Positions 38,803 through 49,501 of a DNA stretch of 64,000 nucleotides are shown piece after piece. Position numbers and translations under genes: made by a program. The DNA is from a virus. Where the stretch lies: positions 12,294 to 76,293 of IMG/VR virus record IMGVR_UViG_3300028030_000011; one strand, given 5' to 3'. The notes under the pieces were generated by a model that did no database searches, was not told where the DNA came from, and saw only the letters and a program-made list of their open reading frames with translations. Every line of letters starts with the position of its first letter. The first letter of the stretch is position 1.

Positions 38803-40023
38803 CTACATCTCAGCAACAGTAAGAATTTTTGCGATTCTTTCGGGTCTACTGAAAAGCGACCCATAGTACCATTCCGTAACAGTCCAGCCAACTTTTCCAT
38901 ACGGGTCTTGTCTATCACGAGATTGGATAGATTGTGGTTTCTTATCATGGTACAAGAATTTCTTGCCTTGTGTACCAGCTTTAAATGAAATAGTAGTAAA
39001 TGAACCACCACCTACAACAAGCATAGGATATACGTCATATCTATCTTCACCTCCTGCATTAGTGCTATGTCTGTAACCTTGGTTAGCACCTGTAGCTAAA
39101 GCTCCTGATGCTTCATATCTCATCATGTATTTACCAACATTAATGAATCTAAAGTTACCTACTCTACCCCACTCACCATTAGCCATTCCACCTGCATCAG
39201 CATATCTTTCAAGTGGTTCAAATGCTTCATTACCAAAGTAGTCAGTAAGCTTCATAATGGTTTTTTTCATGTGAGTACCAATATACATATATCTAGCATT
39301 AGAGATAGTAACAGTATCAATTAATCTACTACCTTTTACAATTGTAGTATTCATAGGAACATCAAGGTCATCTAGCTTGTCATTAAGAGCCATAAGCCCA
39401 TCATAAGTGACAACAGAGACGTTACCACCTTCACCTGTTACTTCATCCATTTGTGTAGCTACACCACCATACATAACAGTACCAGCATTTGCAAGTAAGT
39501 CAAGTTGCAATGTATCTTCATAAATCTGTGCAACAGCCTTATATGTCTCTCTTGTATTCCATTGGATTAAATCAGACTCTGAGTCAAACTGTGCTGAATC
39601 TTTTGTATATTCCCAAAATAAACCATAGTCTTCAAATGTACCTTCAATTTGTAATCTAGTGAATGAAACACGGTTAACTCTACCACCCATCTCTCCTACT
39701 CTTGGAAGAAGTGAAGTAATAGTTCCCACATCTCTACTTGAACCATATAGATTCTGTGTTACAGTATTGTCTGTAGCATAATCAACACCTGCTGAGTTAA
39801 TACCTTCTGTACCAACGTTTCTGTCATCCAATAATGGTACATGAACCAATTGAACAATTTTTTTACCATGGTTCTTTGGTGTCTCTTTAGGGTCTGTTAA
39901 TTGAGAAAAGTAATCATACCCAACTCTCTCTTCAATAGCTTTTTTAATCCAATAATCAGTTACTGTCTGACTACCAATACTTGATTGTGTACCACCTAAA
40001 GGGTCATTATATTTAATTGGCAT
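38803..40023 (-). CDS. major capsid protein (N4 gp56-like)
   Basis: PKNHGK, VPLLDDRNV..EGI, NLYGSSRDVG.IT..LP, GGRVNRV.F.R, DPYG. Confidence 0.93.
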   Translation of the reverse strand: MPIKYNDPLGGTQSSIGSQTVTDYWIKKAIEERVGYDYFSQLTDPKETPKNHGKKIVQLVHVPLLDDRNVGTEGINSAGVDYATDNTVTQNLYGSSRDVGTITSLLPRVGEMGGRVNRVSFTRLQIEGTFEDYGLFWEYTKDSAQFDSESDLIQWNTRETYKAVAQIYEDTLQLDLLANAGTVMYGGVATQMDEVTGEGGNVSVVTYDGLMALNDKLDDLDVPMNTTIVKGSRLIDTVTISNARYMYIGTHMKKTIMKLTDYFGNEAFEPLERYADAGGMANGEWGRVGNFRFINVGKYMMRYEASGALATGANQGYRHSTNAGGEDRYDVYPMLVVGGGSFTTISFKAGTQGKKFLYHDKKPQSIQSRDRQDPYGKVGWTVTEWYYGSLFSRPERIAKILTVAEM

Positions 40024-40043
40024 ATCTTATTCCTTTGTATAAT

Positions 40044-41096
40044 TTAAGTAGGTAAATCTTTCAGATATTTTTCATAAAATTCATCTGCTTCTTTTTCAGT
40101 CATTCCAAATAAATCTATTTCTGCAAGATTAACCTTTTCTTTTGTTTGTGTTGGCTGTTGTCTGCTAGGTGTTTTTGATACCTTAGCAACATCAACATTA
40201 GCTTTTTTCTGTTGTTTTGATTTAATACTAGTCACAACGTCACTATACGATTCAATATAAATATCTATCGTAGGTCTATTATCTTTTTCAAACAATTTCT
40301 TAGATTGAACAGTAGCCATAACTTTATTATATATTCCATTTTCCATATCAGCATTTAATGCTTCTAACAGTTGTGGAGATTTATAAAAAACTTGTGAACT
40401 TTCATCGCTAAAATCATTTACAATATTCTTTTGAAATTTATCATAATTATTTGATGATTTCAATCTTGAAAATGTATCTTCAAATTCTATTTCTTCCTCA
40501 GAAGATATATTATCATTTGGAACATAAGCATCTTCAACTTCTTCATCATCAGATAAATCAAGTTCTCTTTTTTTAGCAAAATCCAATAATGCTTGTTTAT
40601 CACCTTTTGCTATATCAATTAACTGGTTCATAACTGTTTTATCATCAGCTATTCCAGCATCTTTTAATGCGTTTATAATTCCCATATAAGGTTTAGCCTC
40701 TTGCATTTTCTTATTGTAATTTATACCCATTTGCATAAGCTGTACAGCCTTCTCAGGAGTATCTACAATAACTTCATGACCATTAGCCTTTATTGGATTT
40801 TGTAATAGTTTAGAAAAGGTAGATTCCGTATCAACTTCATCTAATTTACTATTATCATCCTCAACTTGACCTTCATTGTTTTCGATTGGGTCAATATTCT
40901 CTTCTTGTACTGGTTCATTAACCACATCTTCTTGTACTTGTTCATCAGGAGAATCTAACTCTATATTATAGTTATCATCATTATCTTCATGCTCAGAGAG
41001 ATAAGCATCTAAATCAAATGATGCAAACTCATCAGCACTCATATTGTTGAAGTCTGGAGTATTAGTAGTTGCGTAAGCATTGCTTCTGTCATCCAT
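40044..41096 (-). CDS. N4 gp57-like (scaffold-like) protein
   Basis: Acidic N-terminus; PIKANG...LMQMGINYNKKMQ. Confidence 0.75.
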   Translation of the reverse strand: MDDRSNAYATTNTPDFNNMSADEFASFDLDAYLSEHEDNDDNYNIELDSPDEQVQEDVVNEPVQEENIDPIENNEGQVEDDNSKLDEVDTESTFSKLLQNPIKANGHEVIVDTPEKAVQLMQMGINYNKKMQEAKPYMGIINALKDAGIADDKTVMNQLIDIAKGDKQALLDFAKKRELDLSDDEEVEDAYVPNDNISSEEEIEFEDTFSRLKSSNNYDKFQKNIVNDFSDESSQVFYKSPQLLEALNADMENGIYNKVMATVQSKKLFEKDNRPTIDIYIESYSDVVTSIKSKQQKKANVDVAKVSKTPSRQQPTQTKEKVNLAEIDLFGMTEKEADEFYEKYLKDLPT

Positions 41097-41098
41097 AA

Positions 41099-41476
41099 TT
41101 ATTTACCTGCCTGTTTTTTTTGAAGCTCTTCTTGAATCTCTTCAATTTGAGCTTTTGCATTTAAACCCTCAGCTTCTAGCTGTTTGAACCAAACTTGAAC
41201 CACCCCACTAGCATTAATAATACTATCTAATCTTTCACGTTGCACATCAGCCATTTCACCGAAAGAGACAGAAGGGTCTTGCTTTAATCTAATGCAACGT
41301 AAAGGATACTTATTGAAAAATTCCTCTGTAAACAACAATTTAAAATCTTTATTTTCTTTAAGATTTTCCATAGCATTATAAAGTTCAATCCTACCACTAT
41401 CTTCAATCTCTTTGATTGCGTCAGTTAATAATTGTGGGTTTACTGAATCATCTTTTTTAAGTTTATTTTTACTCAT
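41099..41476 (-). CDS. N4 gp58-like protein
   Basis: L.ENKDFKLLF pattern; synteny. Confidence 0.55.
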   Translation of the reverse strand: MSKNKLKKDDSVNPQLLTDAIKEIEDSGRIELYNAMENLKENKDFKLLFTEEFFNKYPLRCIRLKQDPSVSFGEMADVQRERLDSIINASGVVQVWFKQLEAEGLNAKAQIEEIQEELQKKQAGK

Positions 41477-41547
41477 TATTTTTCCTTTTTTATTTAATTG
41501 TGATATTCAAATAATATCTCATTGTCACTTAATAAATTAAAACTAAG

Positions 41548-41982
41548 TTATAGTTTCAACTTTATTAATTTATTATATCGTAATTCTCTGACATTATATT
41601 TGTCTCTGAAACTTTTGTTAACTTGCCAATGTGGGTAATCTTTACCCCATAAGTCATATCCATGTTCTATAGGAAGATTATATTTATCTATAATTGTATG
41701 CATAGCAATAGCTATAGATTTATATTCATCTCCAACATTATCCCATTGTAATGAATCATCTTTCCAAACAACAAGGTCTACAGCATTACCTGTTAAATGA
41801 TTAGAGTTCATAGTCCAAGATACACCTCTTTTAACAAGTTGTTTTTGTCTCTTAAGACTTCTAACACCTTCAAATACAGTAAAATCTTGTTCTGTAATCT
41901 TTATTGCTTCTGTAACAGCAAAAGCTAATATAGGATTAATTCCTAATAATTTAGATTGACTTTTTTTACCAAGTTCATACAT
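41548..41982 (-). CDS. endolysin, M15 L-Ala-D-Glu peptidase-like
   Basis: EGVRS..RQ, SNHLTGNAVD, DYPHWQ; start at MYELGKKS. Confidence 0.85.
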   Translation of the reverse strand: MYELGKKSQSKLLGINPILAFAVTEAIKITEQDFTVFEGVRSLKRQKQLVKRGVSWTMNSNHLTGNAVDLVVWKDDSLQWDNVGDEYKSIAIAMHTIIDKYNLPIEHGYDLWGKDYPHWQVNKSFRDKYNVRELRYNKLIKLKL

Positions 41983-41983
41983 G

Positions 41984-42286
41984 TTATTCACCAAATATTT
42001 TAATAATACCACTAACACCTACAAATTGCATTGTTAATATAATACCTAATGCTATATAGATAAATTTAGATTGTTTATCTATCTTTGCATTAACCTCTTT
42101 CCAATCATTCTTATCATCTAGTATAAATCTGTCAAATTGTTCACCAAGTAATTTTAGGCTATTTGCAGTCTCAACCCTAAGTTTTGTTGCTTCATATCCA
42201 CAACAACCATTCTCCAATGTAGAGATTCTCTCTTCAAGTCTTTCTATTTGTGCCTTTAACACAGGGCATACTTTATTATTAACCAT
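41984..42286 (-). CDS. coiled-coil protein with C-terminal TM (lysis-associated)
   Basis: Single C-terminal hydrophobic helix next to the endolysin. Confidence 0.5.
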   Translation of the reverse strand: MVNNKVCPVLKAQIERLEERISTLENGCCGYEATKLRVETANSLKLLGEQFDRFILDDKNDWKEVNAKIDKQSKFIYIALGIILTMQFVGVSGIIKIFGE

Positions 42287-42550
42287 CTAAAATCCAATAT
42301 CAATATTTTTTCTATCTCTAATCAATGGTTTATCATCACCATCTTTACGATATTTTGCTAATCCAAATGCTCCAGCTAATCCAACGATTATATTCATTAC
42401 TACAAATATAGTGTTACCATAATTGTTGTTACCTGTAATTGATTCTAGTATCGGCAACAATGTATCTTTATATTGTAGTAACACAGATAATACTGTTATT
42501 ACTGTTATACCAAATTTTACCGTATTGCTTTTTCTGATAGTACTTAACAT
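42287..42550 (-). CDS. putative holin
   Basis: Two TM segments, charged C-terminus, inside lysis cluster. Confidence 0.55.
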   Translation of the reverse strand: MLSTIRKSNTVKFGITVITVLSVLLQYKDTLLPILESITGNNNYGNTIFVVMNIIVGLAGAFGLAKYRKDGDDKPLIRDRKNIDIGF

Positions 42551-42562
42551 TATATGTCCTTT

Positions 42563-44263
42563 TTATAATGTTGCATTATCACTTCTGATTACACTAAAGC
42601 CTGTCTTATCAAATATAGTTCCATTCCCAACAACGGTTGATTCTAAAGAGAAAGATACATAGTAATCACTAGGTAATTTAAATCTTAAATATAAATGGTC
42701 ATCACTACCAAGATAACTATCTACTTCTGTGAACACACCACTTCTATCCAAAGATTGTCTGTTTAGCAATGAGTTATTTGTAGAATAGACATACCCAACA
42801 TATACAATATCCAATATTGCAGACGCACCATACGCATACCCAATTACAGAGAAGTGGAACATTGCACTAAAGTCTATATTTAATGGTGTTCTTATATGAA
42901 TATAATCATTTGTAGCAGCAGAGTGAAAATGCTCTAGTATTCGTGTTCGTGTTCCTCTTATTGATTGAGATAATTGCATTGGATATTTCCAGCTACCCTT
43001 CCCATTATCATCAGATGTGTACACTTTCCCATCTGATGCGTATTGTGGCTGGACTAGTCCTTTATCTGAATTGTAAATTTTCAAATCTCCATTTTTAATA
43101 TTAACAACATCTGCTACATCAAGGTATACATCAACTTCCGTACTCCCATTGCCATAACCAATATACATACCTCTAATATCATCAACATTTCTATATTCTG
43201 TGTATCCATAATGCAACGCAGTATCATAAGTTGCTCTTATATATTTAGCATCTGGATGGATAAGTAGCTTACCATCTTTGTTGTATACTCCACTTCCAAG
43301 ATGCAAATTACCACCATTTATACTGCACAGACTGTCCTGTAGTTGACCATTTGAACCATCGAAAATTGGGATATGTTCATCAGTAGATGCAACTTTATCT
43401 ACTTTATTTGAGAGACTTGTACGTTCAATTTGTGTCATCCATTTTTTTGTTGTTGTCTCAGACACATCATCTGCTGTATGAACGTGTGTTGAATTTGATT
43501 TTAAATCCAATTCAGTTCTTACTGCTTTCTCGGTTGGGTACAATGTGTCATTTGAATTTGCTGTTCTTACTGATGTTGTCTTGTTTAATTTAAGTTCTCT
43601 ATCATCTAACGCACTAGATAAACCAGCAATATTTCCAATAGATAATGTATCTAAATCATCTTTATTTTGTTTTATAAAATCAACAATTTCTTGTAGCTCA
43701 TCCAATGTGGCATCATCACTAAGTAGTAACGTAGTAATGTCATCAATTAAGCCTTTCAGTATTCTAAGTTGATTTGCACTACCAGCTTTATCTGTATCAT
43801 TACTAGTTAGATTATCTTTGATGTCATTTAATCTAGCTAGAGTATTTTCGGCTACTGTTGTAAAACTAGCTGTTGTAGCATCAAGAATTAACGAATTAGC
43901 ATGTGTATGTTCATTGTTTACGGCATCTGTAGTATCAAGATTTGGAACATTACCTAATCCAACCTTCTCTTTAGTTACATCATTTAATGTTGTCTCTGAC
44001 GTATAATACCCAATTTTTTGCTCTCCTCTTTGTTGAGAGTTTAAATGGTATACCCATACAGTAGAACCAACTAGCATGTCCTCATTATATTTAATTGTAG
44101 TGTCTACAATCGTATTATATGTATCTAAATCATCAGGGTTGTCAGAAACATATAGGTTGCCAATAAATTTATTGTCATTAATTATCGTAACAAAATTACC
44201 TTCATTTACATTGAATTCTCTTTTGACTCCATGCTCATGCAATAAAAACTTATTTGGTATCAT
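42563..44263 (-). CDS. tail fiber-like protein
   Basis: VGLGNV, LDELQEIVDFI, SIGNIAGL fiber motifs. Confidence 0.65.
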   Translation of the reverse strand: MIPNKFLLHEHGVKREFNVNEGNFVTIINDNKFIGNLYVSDNPDDLDTYNTIVDTTIKYNEDMLVGSTVWVYHLNSQQRGEQKIGYYTSETTLNDVTKEKVGLGNVPNLDTTDAVNNEHTHANSLILDATTASFTTVAENTLARLNDIKDNLTSNDTDKAGSANQLRILKGLIDDITTLLLSDDATLDELQEIVDFIKQNKDDLDTLSIGNIAGLSSALDDRELKLNKTTSVRTANSNDTLYPTEKAVRTELDLKSNSTHVHTADDVSETTTKKWMTQIERTSLSNKVDKVASTDEHIPIFDGSNGQLQDSLCSINGGNLHLGSGVYNKDGKLLIHPDAKYIRATYDTALHYGYTEYRNVDDIRGMYIGYGNGSTEVDVYLDVADVVNIKNGDLKIYNSDKGLVQPQYASDGKVYTSDDNGKGSWKYPMQLSQSIRGTRTRILEHFHSAATNDYIHIRTPLNIDFSAMFHFSVIGYAYGASAILDIVYVGYVYSTNNSLLNRQSLDRSGVFTEVDSYLGSDDHLYLRFKLPSDYYVSFSLESTVVGNGTIFDKTGFSVIRSDNATL

Positions 44264-46253
44264 TTTTACTCTCCTGTTTAATTTTCTCTATTGTAGCTTG
44301 TTTTGCTACATCTTCTGTTGCTTCACTACCATCAATTTTTCTTGTAAACTCTAAATCATCTAAATCAGCTTTTGAACCAGCTTGTTTAGCCATAGCAAGA
44401 TAGTGTTCAGCCTGAGCTTTCTCTTTATATATTTTAGCTTTTTGCTCTTCTAATTGCAACTGTTGCATCTCTTGCATGAATTGGTCAGGTTGAGGTTTGA
44501 AGTTTAGTATAGCTTTACTCATTGACTCTTCGCCATCAAGTCTACTTATTTGTGCTTGGTAGATTCTTCTTTCTCTCTCATCCATATTATTACCTGTAGT
44601 CTGTAATAAGAATGCTAATCGTTCAGCTTTTGCTGCTCTAATCTCAGGAGATGATATATTTATATTCATACCAAATAATGGTTGGTATTGAGTTCTCTCT
44701 ATAAATAATTGTTCAGAACCTGTTTTTAACATTATCTCTTCATCAGATAGTAACTCTATATCTAATCTAGCAACTTTTATTGCTAACTTTTTAAGACCAC
44801 TAGCTAATCTTCTAAGTATTGAAGCTTCTCTTTTAGATACAGCATCTACTGCACTTCTAACACCTGTAGCTGTACTTCCCATAGAATCACCTGTGATACC
44901 ATTAGAGCTAAAAGCTTTAACTCCTGTAAGGCTCTCAGCTTCATTGTTAAACGTTCCTATTAGCCAAGGTACTATCTGTGGTATATCTTCAAAATTTTGA
45001 GTATATATAGCTTCCTGTGGATTATGTTCAGGATTTATCTCACAATCTTCTCCAGCTTGTAATTTATGTCTATTGTATCTATCAAAAGCACCTTTTCTAT
45101 ATATCTTTTGTCCTAATGCTTTTTTACCTGTTAAATCAATAACTCCTCTTAATATAGCTGATATAATATCTTGATTATCAGTTATCAAATCAGTAGGACT
45201 ATCTCCATAATTACTATTTACTTTTGGCAAACATTGAACCAACTCAAATGGTAACTCATGAAGAGGATATGGATTTTTCTCCATCCTAACTATAGTTTCA
45301 TTTATCCATGATATAACAACTGGTTCAGATACTCCATCATTATCAATATCATAATATCCCCAATATTCATTTACTATTAACTCTTTATTTGGAATATGAG
45401 CTACTCCATTTGATTGTAACCAATCAAGTTCAGCTGTCAATGAAAAATCTTCAGGAACAACAGCTAAGTCTCCAACTGTTAGTTTACTTAAATTAAAATA
45501 TCTACCATCCTCTTTTAAATCAGATAATGTACTTCTGAATCTATGTCTTACATATTTAGCTTTAGATATATCTCCTTTTGCTGATGGGTCAATAGTTACG
45601 TTTTCAATATCACAAAACTCAAATACAGGTTGATTTCTTACCACTATCTCTCTAACGACAGTCATTGAACCATCTCCATTGTTTGGCGATATAATATCAG
45701 TATAAGTATCCATATCATATTCCTCAATTGGAATAATTAATTCATCTCTTTTAATCTCTCTATCCCAAGAAATTTTTATAATTGATGTTCCATCATCTAC
45801 TGTTTTAGCAATGTATCGTGTAAGGAAATCATCATAATCATTCTCTTTTGTGAATTGAAAATTTAATAAATCTTGCAATTGAAAGAGAGCCAATCTATTC
45901 ATTGGCATTGAATCGCTTAATTCAAACAATGCATCATTTTGTGTTAACGCTGCTTCTAAATTTGGATATTGCCATGTAGATTGTTTTTTAACTAATCTAT
46001 ATACAAATTTAGAACCATTATCAGAAGTATCGAAATTAATTTCACCATCTCTGTAACTATGCCATTCAATTATCTTGGAAAGCTGAGCCATAAGCTCATT
46101 CTCTCCAGATTGCATTTCATCATTTAGATTGTCAATAGTTGGTATATTCTTCCAATCTACTTTTAGATTCCCATTATCATTATAATGTTTATCTATTTTG
46201 TAGTCATTTTCTTTATTTTCAATATCGTATGTTTTTTCTATTTTTTTAGACAT
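44250..46253 (-). CDS. portal protein (N4 gp59-like)
   Basis: WQYPNL, IDPS, EYWGYYDI, RMEKNPYP, AESLTGVKAF, SKRE..ILRRL. Confidence 0.9.
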   Translation of the reverse strand: MSKKIEKTYDIENKENDYKIDKHYNDNGNLKVDWKNIPTIDNLNDEMQSGENELMAQLSKIIEWHSYRDGEINFDTSDNGSKFVYRLVKKQSTWQYPNLEAALTQNDALFELSDSMPMNRLALFQLQDLLNFQFTKENDYDDFLTRYIAKTVDDGTSIIKISWDREIKRDELIIPIEEYDMDTYTDIISPNNGDGSMTVVREIVVRNQPVFEFCDIENVTIDPSAKGDISKAKYVRHRFRSTLSDLKEDGRYFNLSKLTVGDLAVVPEDFSLTAELDWLQSNGVAHIPNKELIVNEYWGYYDIDNDGVSEPVVISWINETIVRMEKNPYPLHELPFELVQCLPKVNSNYGDSPTDLITDNQDIISAILRGVIDLTGKKALGQKIYRKGAFDRYNRHKLQAGEDCEINPEHNPQEAIYTQNFEDIPQIVPWLIGTFNNEAESLTGVKAFSSNGITGDSMGSTATGVRSAVDAVSKREASILRRLASGLKKLAIKVARLDIELLSDEEIMLKTGSEQLFIERTQYQPLFGMNINISSPEIRAAKAERLAFLLQTTGNNMDERERRIYQAQISRLDGEESMSKAILNFKPQPDQFMQEMQQLQLEEQKAKIYKEKAQAEHYLAMAKQAGSKADLDDLEFTRKIDGSEATEDVAKQATIEKIKQESKNDTK

Positions 46254-46264
46254 GCTTCTCGACC

Positions 46265-48172
46265 TTACAATGTATTCTCATATATGTCTTGTACAGTTAC
46301 TGTATCTAACTCTTCTTTATAATATCTTACGTCTGAGAATAAACATTTTGTATTGTATGCAGAGTTTGTAACATTTGTATATCCACCTAGAGACAGAGGA
46401 GTATTATAGTTTTTTGACATATTATTTAATGTGGCACTTTTTATAATCTGACCATTTACATATACTCTTGCTATTGAATTTGTATAATCAATAGAAAACG
46501 CTATATGAACCCATGTATCTATTGGGAAATAATTGTTATTGTCAAAATACAATACTACAGTTGTGTCACCATATATATTTATTCTAGCTTTTGAATTTGT
46601 TACATCATTGATAACAGCCCATTCATAATACGGTGATGAATGAGATGTGTACGCTTTATTCATAAGAATATTATCGTCTCCACTAACTGTTTCTAAAGGC
46701 TTAATCCATGCAGTAACAGTAAATATGTCTCCCATATTTCCTAGTGGTAAGTCTATCCTATCATCAGTTCCATCAGTATAATAAACATCACCTCTAGTGC
46801 CATCAGTATATGCTGATGCCCCATTAATTAACGAAGCATTAGAGTAATTACCTTGCTTGTCTACTAATGTGTTAATAAATGTATAGTATGCATCTGGCGA
46901 AGACACGAATAGTAGTGGAATATCTTTTGCTCCCAATGAAGCACTATATATTCTCACATAACTTATTTTACCATCATACGCATCACTCTCAGAGAATGAG
47001 ATTCTATCTCCACTTGTTATTAAAGAAGCATCAGTAGTACCTGCTGACTGTGTTACTAGTTCACCATTAACATGAATATCGTACTTGGAATTTGCACTAT
47101 TCCAATTACATATAATTCGTGAACAATATGTATTGGCGATATTATCAGTTATATATGTTACTTCTCCATCAGCACTTTTAATAGAAAGTGTTTCATTAGT
47201 TGCAGAACCGTCTGATTGACCTAAAAATACGCCTATGTCACTTGCTCCAAACCCAATAAGTTGTTGTTTTAATGATGCACTAGTTATTTCATTTGTTGGA
47301 GTAATATCAAATACAATAGCATATATATCAGGTACTGATAATGAAAGTTTTAAAAAGTTTCCAGAATTACCATTGAAATTAGCTGCTCTGTCAGTTAGTG
47401 GAACACTACCTGTAACAGTCAAATGTCTTTGAGTGTGCCAATTATCATCATAACTATCATAGAATGGATATACAGCTATTAAATCATTGTCAACTCTTAG
47501 TGGATGATTATATAAATCATAATCAAATATATGTTTAACATCTGATTGTGACAAGACACTATTCCATGCTCTAAGAGTAGAGTATCTCCCAACCATCCCA
47601 TTTGTTCTAGTAGATACATGATTGCCAATAGTTATATTTGGTGTATTTGCTGTAAATGTAGTTGATTGCTGATATACTTGTGAACCATCCAAGAATAGTG
47701 TTACCTCTCCGTTGTTGCCTGTAACCAATATGTGATACCATCTATTAGGTACAATAGGTTCAAGAGTATTTAGTACCGTTGCAGAGTTCCCTTTAACTTC
47801 CAATTTTACATTATTGGATGAACCATCTCCCATACTGACCATAACGTATTCAGTTGTATCATCTCCTATAGATAATATGTTTTGGTTCACCATATTACTA
47901 TTTGTCTTTTTGACACACAAAGATATAGTCCATGTTGAAGATATATCAAATGTAGATACTCCATCTAGATAATCACCTGTTTGATTTTGAGCCAAGCATG
48001 ACCCCTTTAATGTGTCACTACTCCATTCAGCTCCTGTAGCTGTAAAGTCATTGTCATATCTAAAATCTTCACCTGTTCCAGTTAACGGTACAGTTAATAT
48101 TTGATTATTTGGTATTCTACCTCTTGTATTTAGAAAAACTCTTTGACACGCACTCATGAAAGCACCAAACAT
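46265..48172 (-). CDS. LamG/concanavalin-A-like multi-domain virion protein
   Basis: Three LamG-like units (WYHILVT..LFLDG, WVHIAFS..VYVNG). Confidence 0.75.
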   Translation of the reverse strand: MFGAFMSACQRVFLNTRGRIPNNQILTVPLTGTGEDFRYDNDFTATGAEWSSDTLKGSCLAQNQTGDYLDGVSTFDISSTWTISLCVKKTNSNMVNQNILSIGDDTTEYVMVSMGDGSSNNVKLEVKGNSATVLNTLEPIVPNRWYHILVTGNNGEVTLFLDGSQVYQQSTTFTANTPNITIGNHVSTRTNGMVGRYSTLRAWNSVLSQSDVKHIFDYDLYNHPLRVDNDLIAVYPFYDSYDDNWHTQRHLTVTGSVPLTDRAANFNGNSGNFLKLSLSVPDIYAIVFDITPTNEITSASLKQQLIGFGASDIGVFLGQSDGSATNETLSIKSADGEVTYITDNIANTYCSRIICNWNSANSKYDIHVNGELVTQSAGTTDASLITSGDRISFSESDAYDGKISYVRIYSASLGAKDIPLLFVSSPDAYYTFINTLVDKQGNYSNASLINGASAYTDGTRGDVYYTDGTDDRIDLPLGNMGDIFTVTAWIKPLETVSGDDNILMNKAYTSHSSPYYEWAVINDVTNSKARINIYGDTTVVLYFDNNNYFPIDTWVHIAFSIDYTNSIARVYVNGQIIKSATLNNMSKNYNTPLSLGGYTNVTNSAYNTKCLFSDVRYYKEELDTVTVQDIYENTL

Positions 48173-48660
48173 TAGTCCATCCTTCCTATTCTTATAATTG
48201 TTGTTGATTGAATAAAATATCCAAAAGTTTCATCACCTGTTAAAGAGCTAGGAACTGTTTTGAATTTAAACTCAGTTCCCCAACCTGTAACATTTTCAGC
48301 TGATTGTATTACTATAATTCCTGATTGACCTACATTGAGATTTGTAGCTGTTACATTAGCACTTGTGGCTGTAAATACAAAATTATTTTCAGTATCGAAA
48401 TCAATAACATTAGAAGCTGTTGTTGTATCTATACCTGTTGTCTGAACACCTGTGAAATTATTTCCACCAGACAAGACAGCACCACCACCACCACTATTGG
48501 CTACCCAACTTCTAGTTCCACTAGTTGTTGATGATAATATATATCCATCAGTAGGAGGATTTCCTAAAGATGGTTCTCTAGCTTCTACTTCGCTTTTAAT
48601 CTTTGTCAAATACGTTTGAAATTGAGTTCTTACATATTGATATAAATTTATTACAGCCAT
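48172..48660 (-). CDS. tail fiber-associated protein
   Basis: N-terminus shared with 48671-49486; NNFTGVQ fiber motif. Confidence 0.55.
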   Translation of the reverse strand: MAVINLYQYVRTQFQTYLTKIKSEVEAREPSLGNPPTDGYILSSTTSGTRSWVANSGGGGAVLSGGNNFTGVQTTGIDTTTASNVIDFDTENNFVFTATSANVTATNLNVGQSGIIVIQSAENVTGWGTEFKFKTVPSSLTGDETFGYFIQSTTIIRIGRMD

Positions 48661-48670
48661 TTATTATCCT

Positions 48671-49486
48671 TTATGCATTATTCCAATCATCTGTAGCTTC
48701 TGTGGAAGTAATATTGGTTGTATTCGCTGCATCATCAGGAATCCATAAACTATTTGTATTATCCCATTTCAGTATTTGATTATCGGTAGGAGCATTTGTT
48801 GATGTATCGACATCTGATAAATCGTCTATTGCACTTACATTCCCAGCATTAGCCATTTGGTCATCTACATACTTTTTATTAGCTATTTGGTAATCGGTAG
48901 TAGGAGCTGAGCTAGGAGTAATAGGAAAGTCTCCAAATGTTTTAACACCGTTTACTGTTTCAGCTCCTGTATTGTGAACCACTCCACTATCATCTGCTTT
49001 TGCATTTAAAGCTGTTTGTGTAGCTGTTGATACAGGCTTATCAGCATCACTTGTATTGTCTACATTACCTAATCCTACATCTGATTTAGAGTAATCACCT
49101 GACTGAGGTGTTACAGCTCCTGTTCTACCGTTAAATGAACTTACACCACTACTTGGGGTAGTAATAGCTCTCCATGAACTAGCTTGTGTTAAATCATTAT
49201 CAATTGCAATATAATCTTTTGATTCATCTGTTCTTGTACACCAATCACCCTTTTGTCCTGTCAATGCTAACATTGCAGTTTGGTTTGCTACTTCACCTAA
49301 AAAATCACTTATTGTTATATCTGGTACTTGTGCATTAGGAATCTTCCCATCAGCTCCAAGTGAAGCGTATCCATTTGCTACACCCTTATCACTTGTACTT
49401 TGTTTACTATTGGTTACTGTTTTAATTACAGGTAAATATGTTTGAAATTGACTTCTTACATACGCTTTTAAATCTATTGCTGCCAT
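48671..49486 (-). CDS. tail fiber-like protein
   Basis: NGYASLGADGK, SFNGRTGAV, VGLGNVDNTSDADKPVS, ANKKYVD, DLSDVD. Confidence 0.7.
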   Translation of the reverse strand: MAAIDLKAYVRSQFQTYLPVIKTVTNSKQSTSDKGVANGYASLGADGKIPNAQVPDITISDFLGEVANQTAMLALTGQKGDWCTRTDESKDYIAIDNDLTQASSWRAITTPSSGVSSFNGRTGAVTPQSGDYSKSDVGLGNVDNTSDADKPVSTATQTALNAKADDSGVVHNTGAETVNGVKTFGDFPITPSSAPTTDYQIANKKYVDDQMANAGNVSAIDDLSDVDTSTNAPTDNQILKWDNTNSLWIPDDAANTTNITSTEATDDWNNA

Positions 49487-49501
49487 TATATATATCCTTT
49501 G